Assembly: GCA_964252035.1 (NCBI GenBank)
Contig: OZ176200.1
Origin: Podarcis erhardii
Taxonomy: Eukaryota
DNA: 64,000 nucleotides
Reading direction: 5' to 3' (one strand)
Positions within the stretch are counted from its first letter, which is position 1, and each line of letters begins with the position of its first letter. Both the position numbers and the translations under genes were made by a program. The notes beneath the pieces are model-generated. The model did no database searches and was not told the DNA's origin. It saw only the letters and a list, made by a program, of their open reading frames with translations. Below are positions 25,288-38,933 of the stretch, piece by piece.

Positions 25288-25577
25288 CTAAAGGAAATGC
25301 AGCATCACATCAGTCTTGCCTAAATATAGCCTTACTATATAGCCTTACTATATTGTCATCCTCCCAACAAACAAGTAAAACAGCTAGCAGATAAGCCTTT
25401 AAAGGACAGCAGCACCCTTGAGCTCAATCTACTTGAGCATACATAAGGCGTTATCTGTATATCACTGATAGTAACTTCAGGCTATATATTAGCTGCTAGA
25501 CCTGTTGGCTTAAGACATGGCTCTGAAATGCCCCAGAAATGTCCTTCAGAGCAAGGAAGCTCTTAGATGGTCCTTAC

Positions 25578-25734
25578 CGCATCATGACAGGAAGTGTACA
25601 CAATGTCCACAGAGCTCATGTTTTCATCAAGAAAGTGGCGACGGATGGCGATAGCATTGCAGCCACAGCAATTATCTTCCTCAATTGTGACACCAGGTGC
25701 ATAACGTGGCCGAGAGGGGCAGAGACAACAGCAT
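25578..25734 (-). CDS. DAGLA: DAGLA coding exon 9 (157 nt, cysteine-rich segment)
   Basis: CCCLCPSRPRYAPGVTIEEDNCCGCNAIAIRRHFLDENMSSVDIVYTSCHDA; AAG acceptor, GTAAGG donor. Confidence 0.96.
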
Positions 25735-26270
25735 CTTTAAATAAAAAGTACAGGTAAATAACATTTGGAAAGGAATGGAAAAAGAGATGAAGGATGAAAG
25801 AGAAGCAATAGCTTACTGAAGACATTTTTACCTACACAAAATGCCAGCTCTATTTTCATTCTGGAAAAAATAATATACCAGCAACCTAAAAGATAGCTCT
25901 GTGAATTTATAGGATAAAGGAAGAAATGGGTAAAAATTAAAGAGAAAGATAACAGGTCAGAAAGGAGAAAAGAAAAAAGAAATCTGACTTTACAGAGGCA
26001 CCAGGAGACTATTAACTATTTAATAATGCAAGTTCAGTATATCTGAGATAAACCTTAACTATCTGCAGAGTTGACATTATGAATATGTGCACTCAAATAT
26101 AATAAACCTTCCAAACCCTGATTTAGGCACTTAGGACTACAACCTGTGCATGCTTACGAAGACGTAAATTCCACTGAAATCAGTGGACATCCTCCTAAGT
26201 AAACATGCATATGAATACTCAAAGGCCTATTAAGGAACAATGAGATGCTACCTGGACAGAAATGACATTT

Positions 26271-26359
26271 CATAGGATCACAGAATTGTAGAGTTGGAAG
26301 GGATCCCAAGGGCCATCTGGTCTAACCCCCTGCAATGCAGGAATCTCAACTAAAGCATC
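26271..26359 (-). mobile_element. CR1-type LINE 3' end
   Basis: Reverse complement of the same ~88-bp tail as 3419-3505. Confidence 0.75.
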
Positions 26360-26978
26360 ATAGCAAGTAAATGTGGACAGGATAAAGTTACTTTGTAACC
26401 TCCTCAAAGTGAGATACGTACAAGCCATTTTTAAAAAGCAAGACTTGTGTATGTTGAATGGTTTCTTTAAATGTAAAGGTTCATCATTGTTCCACCTAAT
26501 GTGTATGTCTTTAAGGGGCCAGAGCAAGGGCCAGAGCAAGATAACGAGACCCAGCTTTACAGCTGTGAAACATAGCAGGTGCTGCTGAGTTGCATTGATT
26601 AAAGGTGTGTCAGTATTTGCATGTAGTATATAAGGAGCAGCACCTAGCTCTCCCATTACCCTGGGGGTTGGGTTGGTGGTTGGGTCTGGTTTGTTGTTAA
26701 TGTATTTAGTGTATAAGGAGTTTTTGTTTTTTGTAATTAAAACCTTGTTTAAGTTATTTTTGAGTCCCTTTTTAATGCATGGTCTCCCCAGCAAGCTCTC
26801 TGCAGCGCTACCATACTGCAAATAGCCAACAGTGTAGGCCAAAAATGAGACTACAAAAATGGAAGAGAGAATGAGGAAAGGGAAATTAAGGATTTACTAA
26901 AGAAGACAAGGAACAATAAATACATGAGTAGAAAGTGAGGAGGAAATGTATACAGAGACAGCCTGGATGAACACTTAC

Positions 26979-27103
26979 GAGCAAGATCTGGCCAGGCGAC
27001 AAAGTCCACAGGTAGGCTTCCTCATCAAATACATGGGCCAGCCATAGGCAGCCAAAGCAAAGAGCATATAGTAACAAACCTCTTTGTATCGCAGCATCTC
27101 TTG
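26979..27103 (-). CDS. DAGLA: DAGLA coding exon 8 (125 nt)
   Basis: QEMLRYKEVCYYMLFALAAYGWPMYLMRKPTCGLCRLARSC(S); CAG acceptor, GTAAGT donor. Confidence 0.97.
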
Positions 27104-28266
27104 CTGGAGGAAACAAGAGATATTTAGTGTCCTGATGGCATCATTGGAGATGTCTCCCTCTCACTGTTTCAATATCAGTTCCCTACCCCACAAAATACAT
27201 TTTTAAAATTTGTTGGACCTTCAAACCCTGCCCTCCCTCCTTCTAGGCTTCTCTAGTTGAAAGTAACTACCTACAGCCAAAGGCCATTTTCAGACGCAAC
27301 ACTAACTCATAGTTTAGAGCAGGGGTAGCCAACGTAGTATCTTCCAGAAGTTACTAGATCACAAGTCTCATCACCATTAACCATTGGCCACAACGGCTTG
27401 GGCTTGCGCTCTCCTGCCCCCAATCTCGGGGACAGCTGAAAGGAGACTGGAAACACTCACTTCTGCTTTTAAACTACACGAAGTCCTACATTACATCCAA
27501 ATCAGGGGAATGCTGGTTCATTTAAAACTACAAACAACATTTAAGGTAACCCAAGGTTACACCAAGTTCAGCTGTAAAGAGGAACAGAAGTCAATGCATC
27601 TGAGGCTCTTATTCCCATAGCATGAAGACAAAAAGGGTTTGGGCTTCTTGACTGCCTAAGAGGTTTCACAAAGTGAAAGTGCATTTGTACTTCCTTTTTC
27701 GTACTTCTTTTTTAAGGTACATTATTTAACAGGACAAGGACTTTATCCCTACACTGATAAAGGGAAGAAGGCACATGTGGCTTGAGAAGTTATGAATAGT
27801 TTGGCCTGCAGGTAACATCCAGAGCATCATACTGCTTTCATTACATAAAATTGGGTTGGGAAAATTAAATGCCGAGCAATTCATGCTGCCACTTCCAGCT
27901 TTAAACAAGGCTCTGTTCTTTTTGCTGCAACATACTAAAAGGCCTCTCCAGTGCTTTTTTTCTAAAAAAAAAAATGTTTAGGGGTACTCTCATTTTGACT
28001 GAAGAAAATCACCATTTTATAGTTCAAATTGGGAAAAATAAATACAGTAAATGGACAAAGGTACAAAGATTCACAAAATGTTTAGGGGTATGCATACCCC
28101 TGCATCCCCCCAGAAAAAAAAGCACTGGGCCTCTCCATTTTTTACTGTTCTGATTAGAATAAAAGTTTGCATTAAAGGAAATACAAGATGACTGATTTAT
28201 TGGGCCTGATAAGCTAGTGTGCACTCTGCAATTGTGTCAAAGTAGCATTAGAGTCTGATGACTTAC

Positions 28267-28344
28267 TGAGTTTTTCAGGTCCAGATATTTAGTGTTCCTG
28301 GTTACTGGCATCCCCGACAAGAAAGCTAGAATATCGTTGTTTGC
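28267..28344 (-). CDS. DAGLA: DAGLA coding exon 7 (78 nt)
   Basis: ANNDILAFLSGMPVTRNTKYLDLKNS; CAG acceptor, GTAAGT donor. Confidence 0.97.
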
Positions 28345-28991
28345 CTGTAAATCACATAAGAGACTGAGATCATGACCCTGAAACACTCCATTTGCACTCA
28401 AGGTGAGGGAAACCCCATTTGACGTGGATCACTGTTAAGCATAAACAAAATTCTCACTATATTCTGCCAAAGTTTCATAATAATTCTGTTTGTCTTCCTA
28501 ACACCTCCACTCTAAAGCCTAGAAACATGAGAAACTAACCACTATTTTAAAATTGTTTATTATTGTTATTTCAGTTTTGTCCCTCCTTTCTTCCATCATG
28601 GAATTCAAGGAGGTAATCCATTCAGACACAGACCAGACCTGCTTAGCTGAAGAATGGTGGTGCCTCAGTTGCCTTCAGACTATATCCTGGGACTGCTAAT
28701 TTTGTAACATCTTGAAGTTTTTGATCCCTAAAAATCATCATTTCCCACATTCCAGTACCAAGCTTTTTGTGAAGTTTATCAACGAAACACTGAAAAATGC
28801 ATGTTACAATTTTTTCATTATTGGTCACTGGGAGGTGACGGACGGTTATATCTTAGGGGCAGCTAGGCAAAGATTTAGTGATTCCCCACTTCTGAAACAC
28901 ATGACAATAGGTGATTAAAAGCCAGATAAACATATCAGTAACATCTGTATTTCAGCAGTGAAAAAGCACAGAAAGCAGTCTGCATACTCAC

Positions 28992-29126
28992 TTCATCCAG
29001 CACTGCACTGCGTTTCGCCCTCTGTCGTTGGCGCAGAAGTACCAGGCCCGCTATGATGTCAGATGGGACTATGTCAAGATCTCGGAAAAACTCAGCAAAG
29101 AGATATGCAATTTCAGAGTAGGCATC
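28992..29126 (-). CDS. DAGLA: DAGLA coding exon 6 (135 nt)
   Basis: DAYSEIAYLFAEFFRDLDIVPSDIIAGLVLLRQRQRAKRSAVLDE; CAG acceptor, GTGAGT donor. Confidence 0.97.
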
Positions 29127-29505
29127 CTGAAAAATCCCAAAAGGGGAAGATGATAAATGAACTTGTAACAAGCAAAAGACAAAGACCTAGTATCAATCAC
29201 TGGGACTGAAAACGTAATTCTCAGCTGCTGTTCCAAAACATCCACTTTGTTACCTAGGTTAGAACTGGCTTCCCCATCTCATTCTAATTTATTCTTCTAA
29301 GAAAAGAATTATGCAGGATTTATTACACTTTTCCTCTAAGGAATTCAAGGTGGCATACAAAGGGTTACCTTATTTTATCATCATAACAACCTTATGAAGT
29401 AGGCTAGGCTGAGAGATAGAAGCCCAGTTCACAGGCAATGCTAAGAATATATATAACAACAGACTTGTTATATATATGACAATATATATAAGAATATATA
29501 TAACA

Positions 29506-29856
29506 ACAAACAACAAATAATAACAACAACAACTTTATCATTTATTCCCCTGCCACTCTGGGCGACTAACAGTACATATGAAAACATAGTAACACATCAA
29601 ACATTAAAAACTTTCCAATACAAGGCTGTCTTCAGATATCTTCTAAAAGATGTGCAGTTCTTTATTTCCTTGACATCTGGTGAGAGGGCATTCCACAGGG
29701 CGGGCGCCACTACCAAGAAAGCCCTCTGCCTGGTTCCCTGTCACTTCACTTCTTGCAGAGAGGGAACTGCCAGAAGACCCTTGGCGGAGGACTTCAGTGT
29801 CCGGGCTGAATGATGGGGATGGAGACACTCCTTCAGGTATACTGGGCCAAGGCCCA
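29506..29856 (-). mobile_element. L2-type LINE 3' end
   Basis: gagggcattccacagggcgggcgccactaccaagaaagccctctgcc... is the reverse of the L2 3' block seen at ~40300-40400. Confidence 0.75.
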
Positions 29857-31544
29857 GTATACCTAAAGGGGCATAATACAAAGACCAAACAAGGTTTAGT
29901 CCCAGATAGTAAGCAAGAGTGGGGAAGGAGTGCTATTCTTCACTCTGGGAACCCACATATTTGCATGTTCATGCTAAGCTATGGTACATGCAAATGGGAT
30001 GAGTGGCTTTTTCAAGGACACTCATTAAACTTTATGGTGAATAATAGATTTCAAGTCAGACCTCCCAGACCTAAGTTCACCACTCTATGTTCTGCATCAC
30101 TCTCACCAAAAGGTCCACCTAGACCACTTTACTGTCTCCAACAGAACACAGCCTGAAGACCTTAGGAAGCTTACAGGTAATGCACAATAAAGACAGACAT
30201 CCCTTGCCATTTGTCCCCAGAATCTGGAAATCAGATACAAAAGAATCTATAGTAGTTTTGACAACTCCATTTTAACATAACAATTATGTTTGCTCTAGGT
30301 AAATATTATACCATGTTTCTGCAGCAAACACTTTAGATATGTACAAAAGACCTGCATAATTTAATAGTACATATTAAATATTATGCCTTGGAACCATGCT
30401 TTTCAGTTTAGATCCATCTTTATATTTAAATTGTTTGTTTATTTGTTTATAGCCAAAAAGTCTCCCAGAGTGGCTTACATACAATTATTTGAGCTCATTT
30501 GCTTCGTCTAGTAAGAAAAATATATACCTCTAAATATAATAAAAAGTTTTACCCTTCAGTGACTGACCACCATTGCTCTGCAGCACCTGACAAGAGGCAT
30601 AGCTATGCTACAAAACTCCTGATCACCATCAGCATCTGCTTCTTACACACTGGGTGACTGCCCTTTTAAAAACATTTTTTGCACAAGTGAAACAGACCAC
30701 TAGATGAGATGTCATTTTATTTATTTTGAGTAATCCAGAGATCTGTATGTCATGGCAACCTACAAATGTTGTAAATAAATAAGGACATGGCTTCCTTGAC
30801 ATGGGGTTATTATGTTAATAACTAATCTGATTTGCATCTACCATTGTGTTACATGCAATGTTCATATGCCCTTTGAAAAAAATCTTCTCAATTTTTCTTA
30901 ACTAAGAATAATCTAAGTAATACCTGATAATCTGACAGCACATCACTTTTTCAGGTCATTAAAAAGAAAGTGCTGTCCATTTAAAATGAGTCCATCATTC
31001 TATGTCCTTTGCCAGTTTTAGTGGTTTAATTAAGTTCTGGACAGAGTTATTCTTTCTTGCAATCGCATAAATAGCTTAGTTACAATCTGACTGCAATAAA
31101 TATGAAGCCATGCAGATGGGAAAGGATTGATTCTTCCTCTACTCTACTGCAAATGTCTCACTCTGAGCTCCTCACCCATGGTTATGTCTGCACCAGTTCT
31201 TTGTAATTATTTCCTTATATAGGGCATGGGTGACTTGTGCCAGAGGTGCAGCACCCATGTGTGGAAGATCACAATAGGAGTCCAAAGTGCCATGGCTCCT
31301 TCCACCATGTTCACAGCATATTCAGAGATAATACAACTGAACATTCAGAACTGTTTCCAGGTCTCTTAAGCATGCAATCAGGAGATTTATGTACACATCA
31401 AATCACATGGGGACTGGCTGACTAAACTCCAGATAAGAGTTCTATGAAATATTACATGAAGCAGATTTACCATTGATATCTCTCAGTGTAATGGTCTGAG
31501 AAAGCAGATATTTGCTTTGTGATGAAAAGATAGGTGCTACTTAC

Positions 31545-31632
31545 TGACTGGGAATCTTTTGTTCGTGTGCAGCAGAGGAAAACTTTGAGCCGTCGGGTCC
31601 AGCTGCTAGCCTGCCCTTCCTCCAAACGGTGC
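31545..31632 (-). CDS. DAGLA: DAGLA coding exon 5 (88 nt)
   Basis: HRLEEGQASSWTRRLKVFLCCTRTKDSQS; AAG acceptor, GTAAGT donor. Confidence 0.96.
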
Positions 31633-32768
31633 CTTCAACATGCAGAAAGGAAGAGCTTACAAATGGATTACGGTGGGGGAGGGGGAGGGGAGGAGACATA
31701 AATTTGGAATTGCCGTCCTTTGTGTTCCTCCTTCTTTGCAGAAGGGAGTGAGAGGTTCTTGAAGCAGCTCACCAAACAGCTCAGACCCTGAGAATAGAAA
31801 GCTGACCAGCTTCACCTGAGAATGTGAATCTACCTTACACTGATGAAGCCCTACACAGCATGAAACAGCATAAAACAGTAGAGGAAGCTATGGATCTTAT
31901 GGGAGCATCTGCAGCTAAAGCGGAAGCATGAGACATCTTTTTCAGAACATCCTTGATGGGCTTGGGCCCATCCTCCCGTGCCCCAAACTCATCCACCCAG
32001 ATAAAAACTGCCTGGCAAATACAAACACTGTAACTGAAGCCCTAAAGGTCACAAAGCCAGCTTCAAATTTCCTACACAGAGCCCCCTCTACCCATCTGTC
32101 ACAGGAATCTTTGGGTCCCACTTCCTTTTTAGAAGGAATCACAGCCAAGGAATATAAAGCTGCCATGGGTGGATCAACAGTAAGAAAATGAAGCTGTTGC
32201 ATAATCTTCTCATCAAAAATATGTTTCTTAGCAACCTGAGACACCAGTTTAGCCTTATTTGGATGGGCCCACTCAGCTTTCTAAGCTGAGTCAAAAATGT
32301 ATGGAAAAGGAACAGTAACCGCCTTGTGAGAAGCTGATGGGAAAGCCTTCTCAGCACCAGGTGGCAGTTACAGGAGCTTCCTCCTCCCCAGGAAGGGTCC
32401 AGCAAACACTCCTTCCCTGCAACTGCATATGACATGAGGATATGTGGAATTGGGTGCAGATGAACCACCAGTGAGAACTGCTGCTCCATGCTTTTCTTGT
32501 CCTGCTGATGGCCTGAGAACATAGGGTGCACCCCAGCTAGCCATTCTAGCACCTAAACTGGTGTGGCTTATACCCCCACTCCCAAAACACCCAGAGACAG
32601 AGAGGAACTGGGTGGAAGAATCAAGAAAACACACACAAGCCAGTGGAAAACAAGAGAGGCAGGAAGCAACTTGGGAGAGAAAAGACAACAAAAACAAAGC
32701 ACCCCTTCTTCCACACACCAACAGGAGAGGAACAAAGGAACAGAAACCAAAAAGACAGACACAATATC

Positions 32769-33015
32769 TAGGGTTGCCATATTTCAAACAGTGAAAATCC
32801 AGACAGAAAAGTTGTTGAGCTGTTTTTGCAAAATCACATAAAAAATTGACGTTTTTGAACTATTTTTATGGAAAAGCAGTGAAAATGACACTGCCAACAT
32901 GGGTTGCCATACGTCTGAATTTTCCCAGACATTTTTGATGATTTCAGCCCAGACACTGCTACCAACTACAGTATTCCAGATATATCTGGGAAATTCTGGA
33001 TGTATGGCCACCCTG
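32769..33015. mobile_element. Same AGGGTTGCCATA-TIR family, opposite orientation
   Basis: tagggttgccatatttc... ...tatggccaccctg; internal segment matches the reverse complement of ~8510-8564; extra internal gggttgccatacgtct at ~32901. Confidence 0.65.
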
Positions 33016-33753
33016 CAGTAACAGAGGAAAGGCTCTAAAATGTAAAGGTTCTGAAGAACACAAAACACTGGCTGCAAACAGGATTAGTCTGGTAGGCGGG
33101 AGAACTCCTCCCCCTGGAGAGGAGCCAAAAAGGCTCTAGGCTAGGGACTCTGCCTGCCATGTCCAGTAGGAGGAGTCATCCAGTCTCATCTCACCAACAA
33201 CCAAAAATGAGACAGTTGACTTTTAATTGCAAGCCTTGACTAAGAGGAGCGTAAGTTGGACCCATAACAAAATTCAGCAGTGTAGAGTGCTTCTGCTCAG
33301 GATATTCAATTCTATCCCTGCTCCTGCCAGGTTTTTTTTTTTGGTTTTTTTTTTTTTTTTTTTTTTGTTTCACCCAGCAGTCAATCAGTATCCAGTACCC
33401 ACCAAGCATGCTCAGTCTGCACTACATAGTTTTGCAGAGGTTTTTTTGCCCCTGCTGATTTTTTCCCTCTACAGAATTTTTGTAATTCGGTAAATCTCAT
33501 ATTCCACGCTCTTGTTGTGGATGGTGCTGTTTTGGCTACCTAAGGACTGGGCAGTCAGAAAACTGAGTTTTCGATATATACACACAAGTCAACCATGCAA
33601 CAAAATGTTGCTGTGTGGATCCTAGCCACCTAATTCTATCCCCACTCTGAACCCCACAACATTCAGTATCCCATGCCTACTGATAATGCACAGTCCTCAC
33701 TGGGCGACTGTGAATGGAGGTTGCCTCCTAGGGTTTTCCCCCTGCATGGTTTT

Positions 33754-33755
<2 letters not shown>

Positions 33756-33794
<39 letters not shown>
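33756..33794. repeat. (AAT)13 microsatellite
   Basis: Seen directly. Confidence 0.95.
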
Positions 33795-33795
<1 letters not shown>

Positions 33796-33911
33796 CTATG
33801 AGCAAACCTGAGGGTGCCCCCATGCATCCCAGGATCTCCTGTGTGTGTATGTTGTCATTTTAGCTACATCAGGACCAGCACTCAGAGAACTAGGATCACT
33901 ATTAGTATATA

Positions 33912-34153
33912 CAGTGGTACCTCGGGTTAAGTACTTAATTTGTTCTGGAGGTCTGTTCTTAACCTGAAACTGTTCTTAACCTGAAGCACCACTTTACCTA
34001 ATGGGGCCTCCTGCCGCTGCTGCGCCGCTGCTGCACGATTTCTGTTCTCACCCTGAAGCAAAGTTCTTAACCTGAAGCACTATTTCTGGGCTAGCAGAGT
34101 CTGTAACCTGAAGCATATGTAACCTGAAGCATATATGACCCAAGGTACCACTG
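33912..34153. mobile_element. Tc1/mariner MITE, family B, 242 bp
   Basis: TA-CAGTGGTACCTCGGGT...ACCCAAGGTACCACTG-TA; internal repeats of (tt)aacctgaa. Confidence 0.85.
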
Positions 34154-34455
34154 TACAGTGTTGCTGGTGGTTGGAAGCAATGGTCTTCAGCTGGGTGTCC
34201 CCCCCCCCAACAACTGGCAAACAGCAAGCCCTGTCCATATGTTGCATTGTGAGCTCCTTTTTAAACTGCCTTGAGTGGCAACAGAAGAACAGGGATACTT
34301 AGGTGAAAAGAGAAAAAGTCCATATAAATCAGTTAATCAGGTCACAACACAGTTTTTTCAATCATGAAACAAATCAAGGAAAATAGCTTCTGAGTTAGAT
34401 ACATTATATACATAATCCAGACTGTATCTTGTTGAAATGCTGTTTTGTGACTTAC

Positions 34456-34594
34456 CTCAAGTTGTACGTCCTCAAGTTACGCTGCCTCCTCTTTGTGGCT
34501 CGCAGTTTGACAAAAGTTCTTCCTGTTGGATCAAAGACGCACAGGACAGTGATGCAAACACTCAGAATGACGACCCAGTTGCAGACGACCATTC
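34456..34594 (-). CDS. DAGLA: DAGLA coding exon 4 (139 nt)
   Basis: (G)MVVCNWVVILSVCITVLCVFDPTGRTFVKLRATKRRQRNLRTYNL(R); CAG acceptor, GTAAGT donor. Confidence 0.97.
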
Positions 34595-35033
34595 CTGGTA
34601 AAACAAAGAAGATTCAAATGATCAGTTCCGAAGTGTCATCTATGACTCTCTTGGCGAGTTAGCTTTGTGTTTGTGGGTTCTTTTTCTGAAGCAACACACT
34701 CAAGCTGAATTTCACTGACCAAAGTGAAGGCATGCATCCACAGTAACACCAGGGATCTCAAAACCAGATATTATTGAGTGAAAGGAATTATGGATAAAAC
34801 AGTAGTTAGAGATGTACTGTTGGATTCTTTTGTAAGGACTTGCACTGGTTTCCAGAGCAATTGGAAAAATCCATACAATACCTAGTCAGGCAGTAAAACA
34901 ACAGCTACTGTCCTTCCATCCATACATACTAATTGAAGTTTGTGCAATGGTTAAGTCTATCTGCAAAACATTCAGGGTGGGTACATTTATATAGGCAGAA
35001 AGTGAATTCATGCAGAAACCTTCAAATACACAC

Positions 35034-35135
35034 CCAAAGTGACACTCTTGGCAGTAACATCATTGCAGGAGCTGTAGTACTGGGTTAACCAAACAATGCC
35101 CACAATAGCATAGATAAACTCAATCACCAGGATGG
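35034..35135 (-). CDS. DAGLA: DAGLA coding exon 3 (102 nt)
   Basis: (A)ILVIEFIYAIVGIVWLTQYYSSCNDVTAKSVTL; CAG acceptor, GTGTGT donor. Confidence 0.96.
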
Positions 35136-35438
35136 CTGAAACAATAAGAACATAGTGCACAATAGCAGCATTATTCTAATGAATACCTTGTTTCAAAGAT
35201 GTCAGAGACCACCACAGTATTTCTTGTTAGCAGTTCTCATGTATCCATTCCAATTTGTTATCTCACAAAGCAAAACCAGATTTTTGTCTAAGCTCAATTA
35301 AACATACCCACCCCCATTTTCCAAGGAAAACTCATAAAAAGAATTACATTTAGGAGCATTTTATACGAATACTCAAGGAAAGCACCCAAAAATTTCTCAG
35401 CAAAAAACAAATCTTTCCCTCATCCCCATTGAGCATTA

Positions 35439-35794
35439 CAGTGGTGCCTCGCAAGACGAAATTAATCCGTTGCGCGATTCTCTTCGTCTAGCGGTTTTTT
35501 CGTCTTGCGAAGCAAGCCCATTGACGGCTTAGCGGATTAGCGCTATTAGCGGTCTAGCGGCTTTTAGCGATTAGCTGAGAAGCGGCTTATCAGCGGATCA
35601 GCTGTTAAGCGGCTTAGCGGCTTAGGAAAAGGGCGAAAAAAGCGGGAAAAAACCGCGGGAACTCACAAGACATTTTCGTCATGCGAAGCAACCCCATAGG
35701 GAAATTCGTTTTGCGAAGCGCCTCCAAAACAGTAAAACCCTTTCGTCTAGCGGGTTTTCCGTCTTGCGAGGCGTCGTCTTGCGGGGCACCACTG
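35439..35794. mobile_element. Tc1/mariner MITE, family C, 356 bp
   Basis: TA-CAGTGGTGCCTCGCAAGACG...CGTCTTGCGGGGCACCACTG-TA (20-bp TIR, 1 mismatch); CpG-rich (tt)agcgg repeats inside. Confidence 0.88.
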
Positions 35795-38700
35795 TATAAC
35801 AAATACTTTCCTAAGAATATGGACATATTTCTAGATACGTAGTACAGCAACAGGAAATAGAGTTTCATACATAAAATCTTCCTCTGTTCCACTCCAACCA
35901 CTAAAATGACAGAACAGCTGAAATAATTGTCTTAAGTGTTTTATGATGCTATGTATTTTAGATCTGATGTCATAATATTTTTATATGTGTACCCCAACCT
36001 GGGTGGATTATAAATGTTGTAAATAAGTACGGTAAATATTCCCCAACCCCATTTCTCTCCTGAAATGCACCTATGATATAGTTCAATTCCTAATTGGCTT
36101 TAGCAATCTCAGGAAGGTACACATGAGTTTCATTTGATTCTGGCAAAAAAATAAATAAATTGGGTGGGGTGAAAGAGGGGGAGGCAAAATGCACAAATAT
36201 AAATTGTATACTAATTGACTAGACAGCAGAATCTTGGACCCTGAGATGCTGATGAATTTCTTCAAGCTTGAGCTCATACAATTCTATGGTTCTATGATTT
36301 TCCCAACCTCAGACTGCCTCAGAAAATTATCCCAGGTGTTTGTTTTTCATTTTGGGGAAAGAACTCTGAAGCAAACTGGAGAGAGCTCACCCATCCCTAC
36401 TTTGACTCAAAGCAGAGCACGGCAGATAACAACAACATGTTACTATTGCAAGAAAGTAAAAGAAAAAGCCCATTAAGCTACATATCTAATTTATAGGACA
36501 TAATTGCTATCATACTGCATTGCTCAGTTCTCAGATATCAAAAGGTGACATTTTACACAGCCTAACAAAACCTTTCAGTGACTGGAGGTGCTACCTGTAG
36601 CATGTAATTTCAATTCCCCCCGCCCATATAATTCCTTTTATCAATAAAAGATTGAATAAAATGCTGAAATGTTCTTTTTTGAATGTCACACTCCATTCTC
36701 AGGTAAAAATCTGTTTTCTAAGTTTTCACAACACTTCAAGCTAAACAGCTAAAGTGTGAGCGGCACAGCTGCAATAGAGATGTGTATATATTTTGGTGTA
36801 ACTGTTGCAGATGTGTAACAGAAATTGATCATGATGAGCCACACATTACCTCTCTTCAGTCCAGGAAGATTTTTTTAAGTGGCAATTAAAAAAAAAGATG
36901 TATTTTTGGATACTCATGTAGCCATTTAAAAAGTAGTTCAAGAAGAAAATGTGCTAGGGTCCATCTCAGCAATGCACCTCAATTCAAGAAGGGGAGGAGG
37001 GTGTCTTACTTTTTTTTAAAAAATCCCCAAAATTTATTATTTATTTATAAATTGGCCACTGTTAAGTTAGATCCGGTGGCACGACAGTGAGAAGCCACTC
37101 CTAAATGCTCCATGATCTCTACCAAAGTAATGTGAGAACCTTTTTCTTGTAACAAATGTGAAGCTGCAGCTCATGCTGTGGAGAAAAGCCCCATGTTTTC
37201 TTCTTCAAACTGGTGCCTCTCTTTTTTGAGGTTATCATATTTACCTACAATCCTCAATATTTTGCTGCTACTGACCAGTATTTTCGACACCATCAGCGAT
37301 GAGAGATAGCACTCTATCCCTGTACCAACTGAACTTTTCAGATTTTTAAAGGGCTTTTCCTAGTTTGCTTCCCTAAAGAATGATAACATCTACTTTGTAT
37401 ATTCACTGATTAAATATTGTAAGTAACATTAAGAAACAAAACAAAAAAGAGGTTCCAGCCCCTGCAAGGCTACCCACTAATGTTCACTGAATGGATGAAT
37501 TCAAGGCATGGAAAGGAGAAAAATATGAAAACCTTTCTATGCACAGAGTTTTTTTTTCTGAATAGGGAGGGAACAATTTAATTTCTTAATAGTGCTGCCA
37601 CCCACCAACTAAGGAAAGTTCTTCAGAAACTGCAAAAGCTGCTTGCAAGGTAGCATGGGATACAAGCACTTTTAAGATGAGAAACTGAAAGCATTGTTAT
37701 ACAGAGAGAGCTTCTTGCACACCTTTCTAGGGTGAGTCTTGGATTTTATTTGCTTTCCTCCCCTCTCCCTCCACTTCAGCTCAGTTTTAATTTGGATTCA
37801 CAAACTTATTTAAGCAAGGCTCAGAAAAGGAGTAACCATGCCTACAAAAAATTACTTCCAGAGAAGAAGTAATTAAACAAGAATAGGCAGCAATGTCACA
37901 GTGTTTAGAATTGGGTTGATGCCCTTCCTGTGTGCAATGTTTTCTTATACAATTCTAATAAAAATATGTGTCTCAGACAACAAAAATAAACACCCATCTA
38001 GAGCAGAGGAAGCCTAGTTATTTCTATATGATATGAATGGAAGGCCAGTTAAAAATGTTGTGAGTGAGCAATGCCTGTTTCTTTTTTTTCTGGTAACATC
38101 TTTGAGAATCAGGATGCCTTGAGGGAGACTGTAGGGAAAGGTTATGTGTCCTTCAAAAGACAAAGCAAATTCCATGCACACGTCATCCGTGGAAGAGATT
38201 CCTTTAAGTAGCCAGTACCTACAAAGAATATTTTGTGAGAGAGGAGGGTTATCAATGGAAACTTTTTAGGACATGTGTACAAGCAAAGGGAGAAATAAAC
38301 TTATGTGCTCAAGCATGGCAGGTGGGTTTAGGTTTGGTTGTGTGCATGCTAAGCATGACTTAGATTTCTACGAAAGAAGTATCAAGGCAGATGGAGAAAG
38401 GCAATTGTTACATGCAGTGTCTGCATTTCTGCAAGATGGCATGGTAAATGTAGTTATTACAAATGTAAAATGCTAAAAAGCAGACAAATGAAATGATGTC
38501 TTGTGTCATTTAACAAAGTGAGGTGACAGGGATCCAAAAAATTAAACTAATCAAAAGTTTCCATAGGGTAAATTTATGCAGCGTCGTGGGGACATCTGGC
38601 AAAAATTCAATCTCTGCATTTCCCACATCTGTAGTAGAAGTGAAACAAAAACTAGTTTTATAAATGGCTTTCCCCTGCTTAACATTCAGAGGATGCTTCT

Positions 38701-38933
38701 AGAGTAAAAAACATCCTTGGTGCTACCAATGAAAGGATGAAGAAAGAAATTCTGGAAAAGAGATTCTCCTCTGCAGTATGTATATTCTAAATGAGCAGAG
38801 TATTTAAATGGCTGAAAAAGAATGTGTTTTGTGTCTGCTTATCCGTATGCTGACAGGGGAATCCCTTGAGTGTATAACAGATGGTTGCATCAAGTTCAAA
38901 AATTTATAAAGTCCCTTGGTCACTGTCTCTTAC

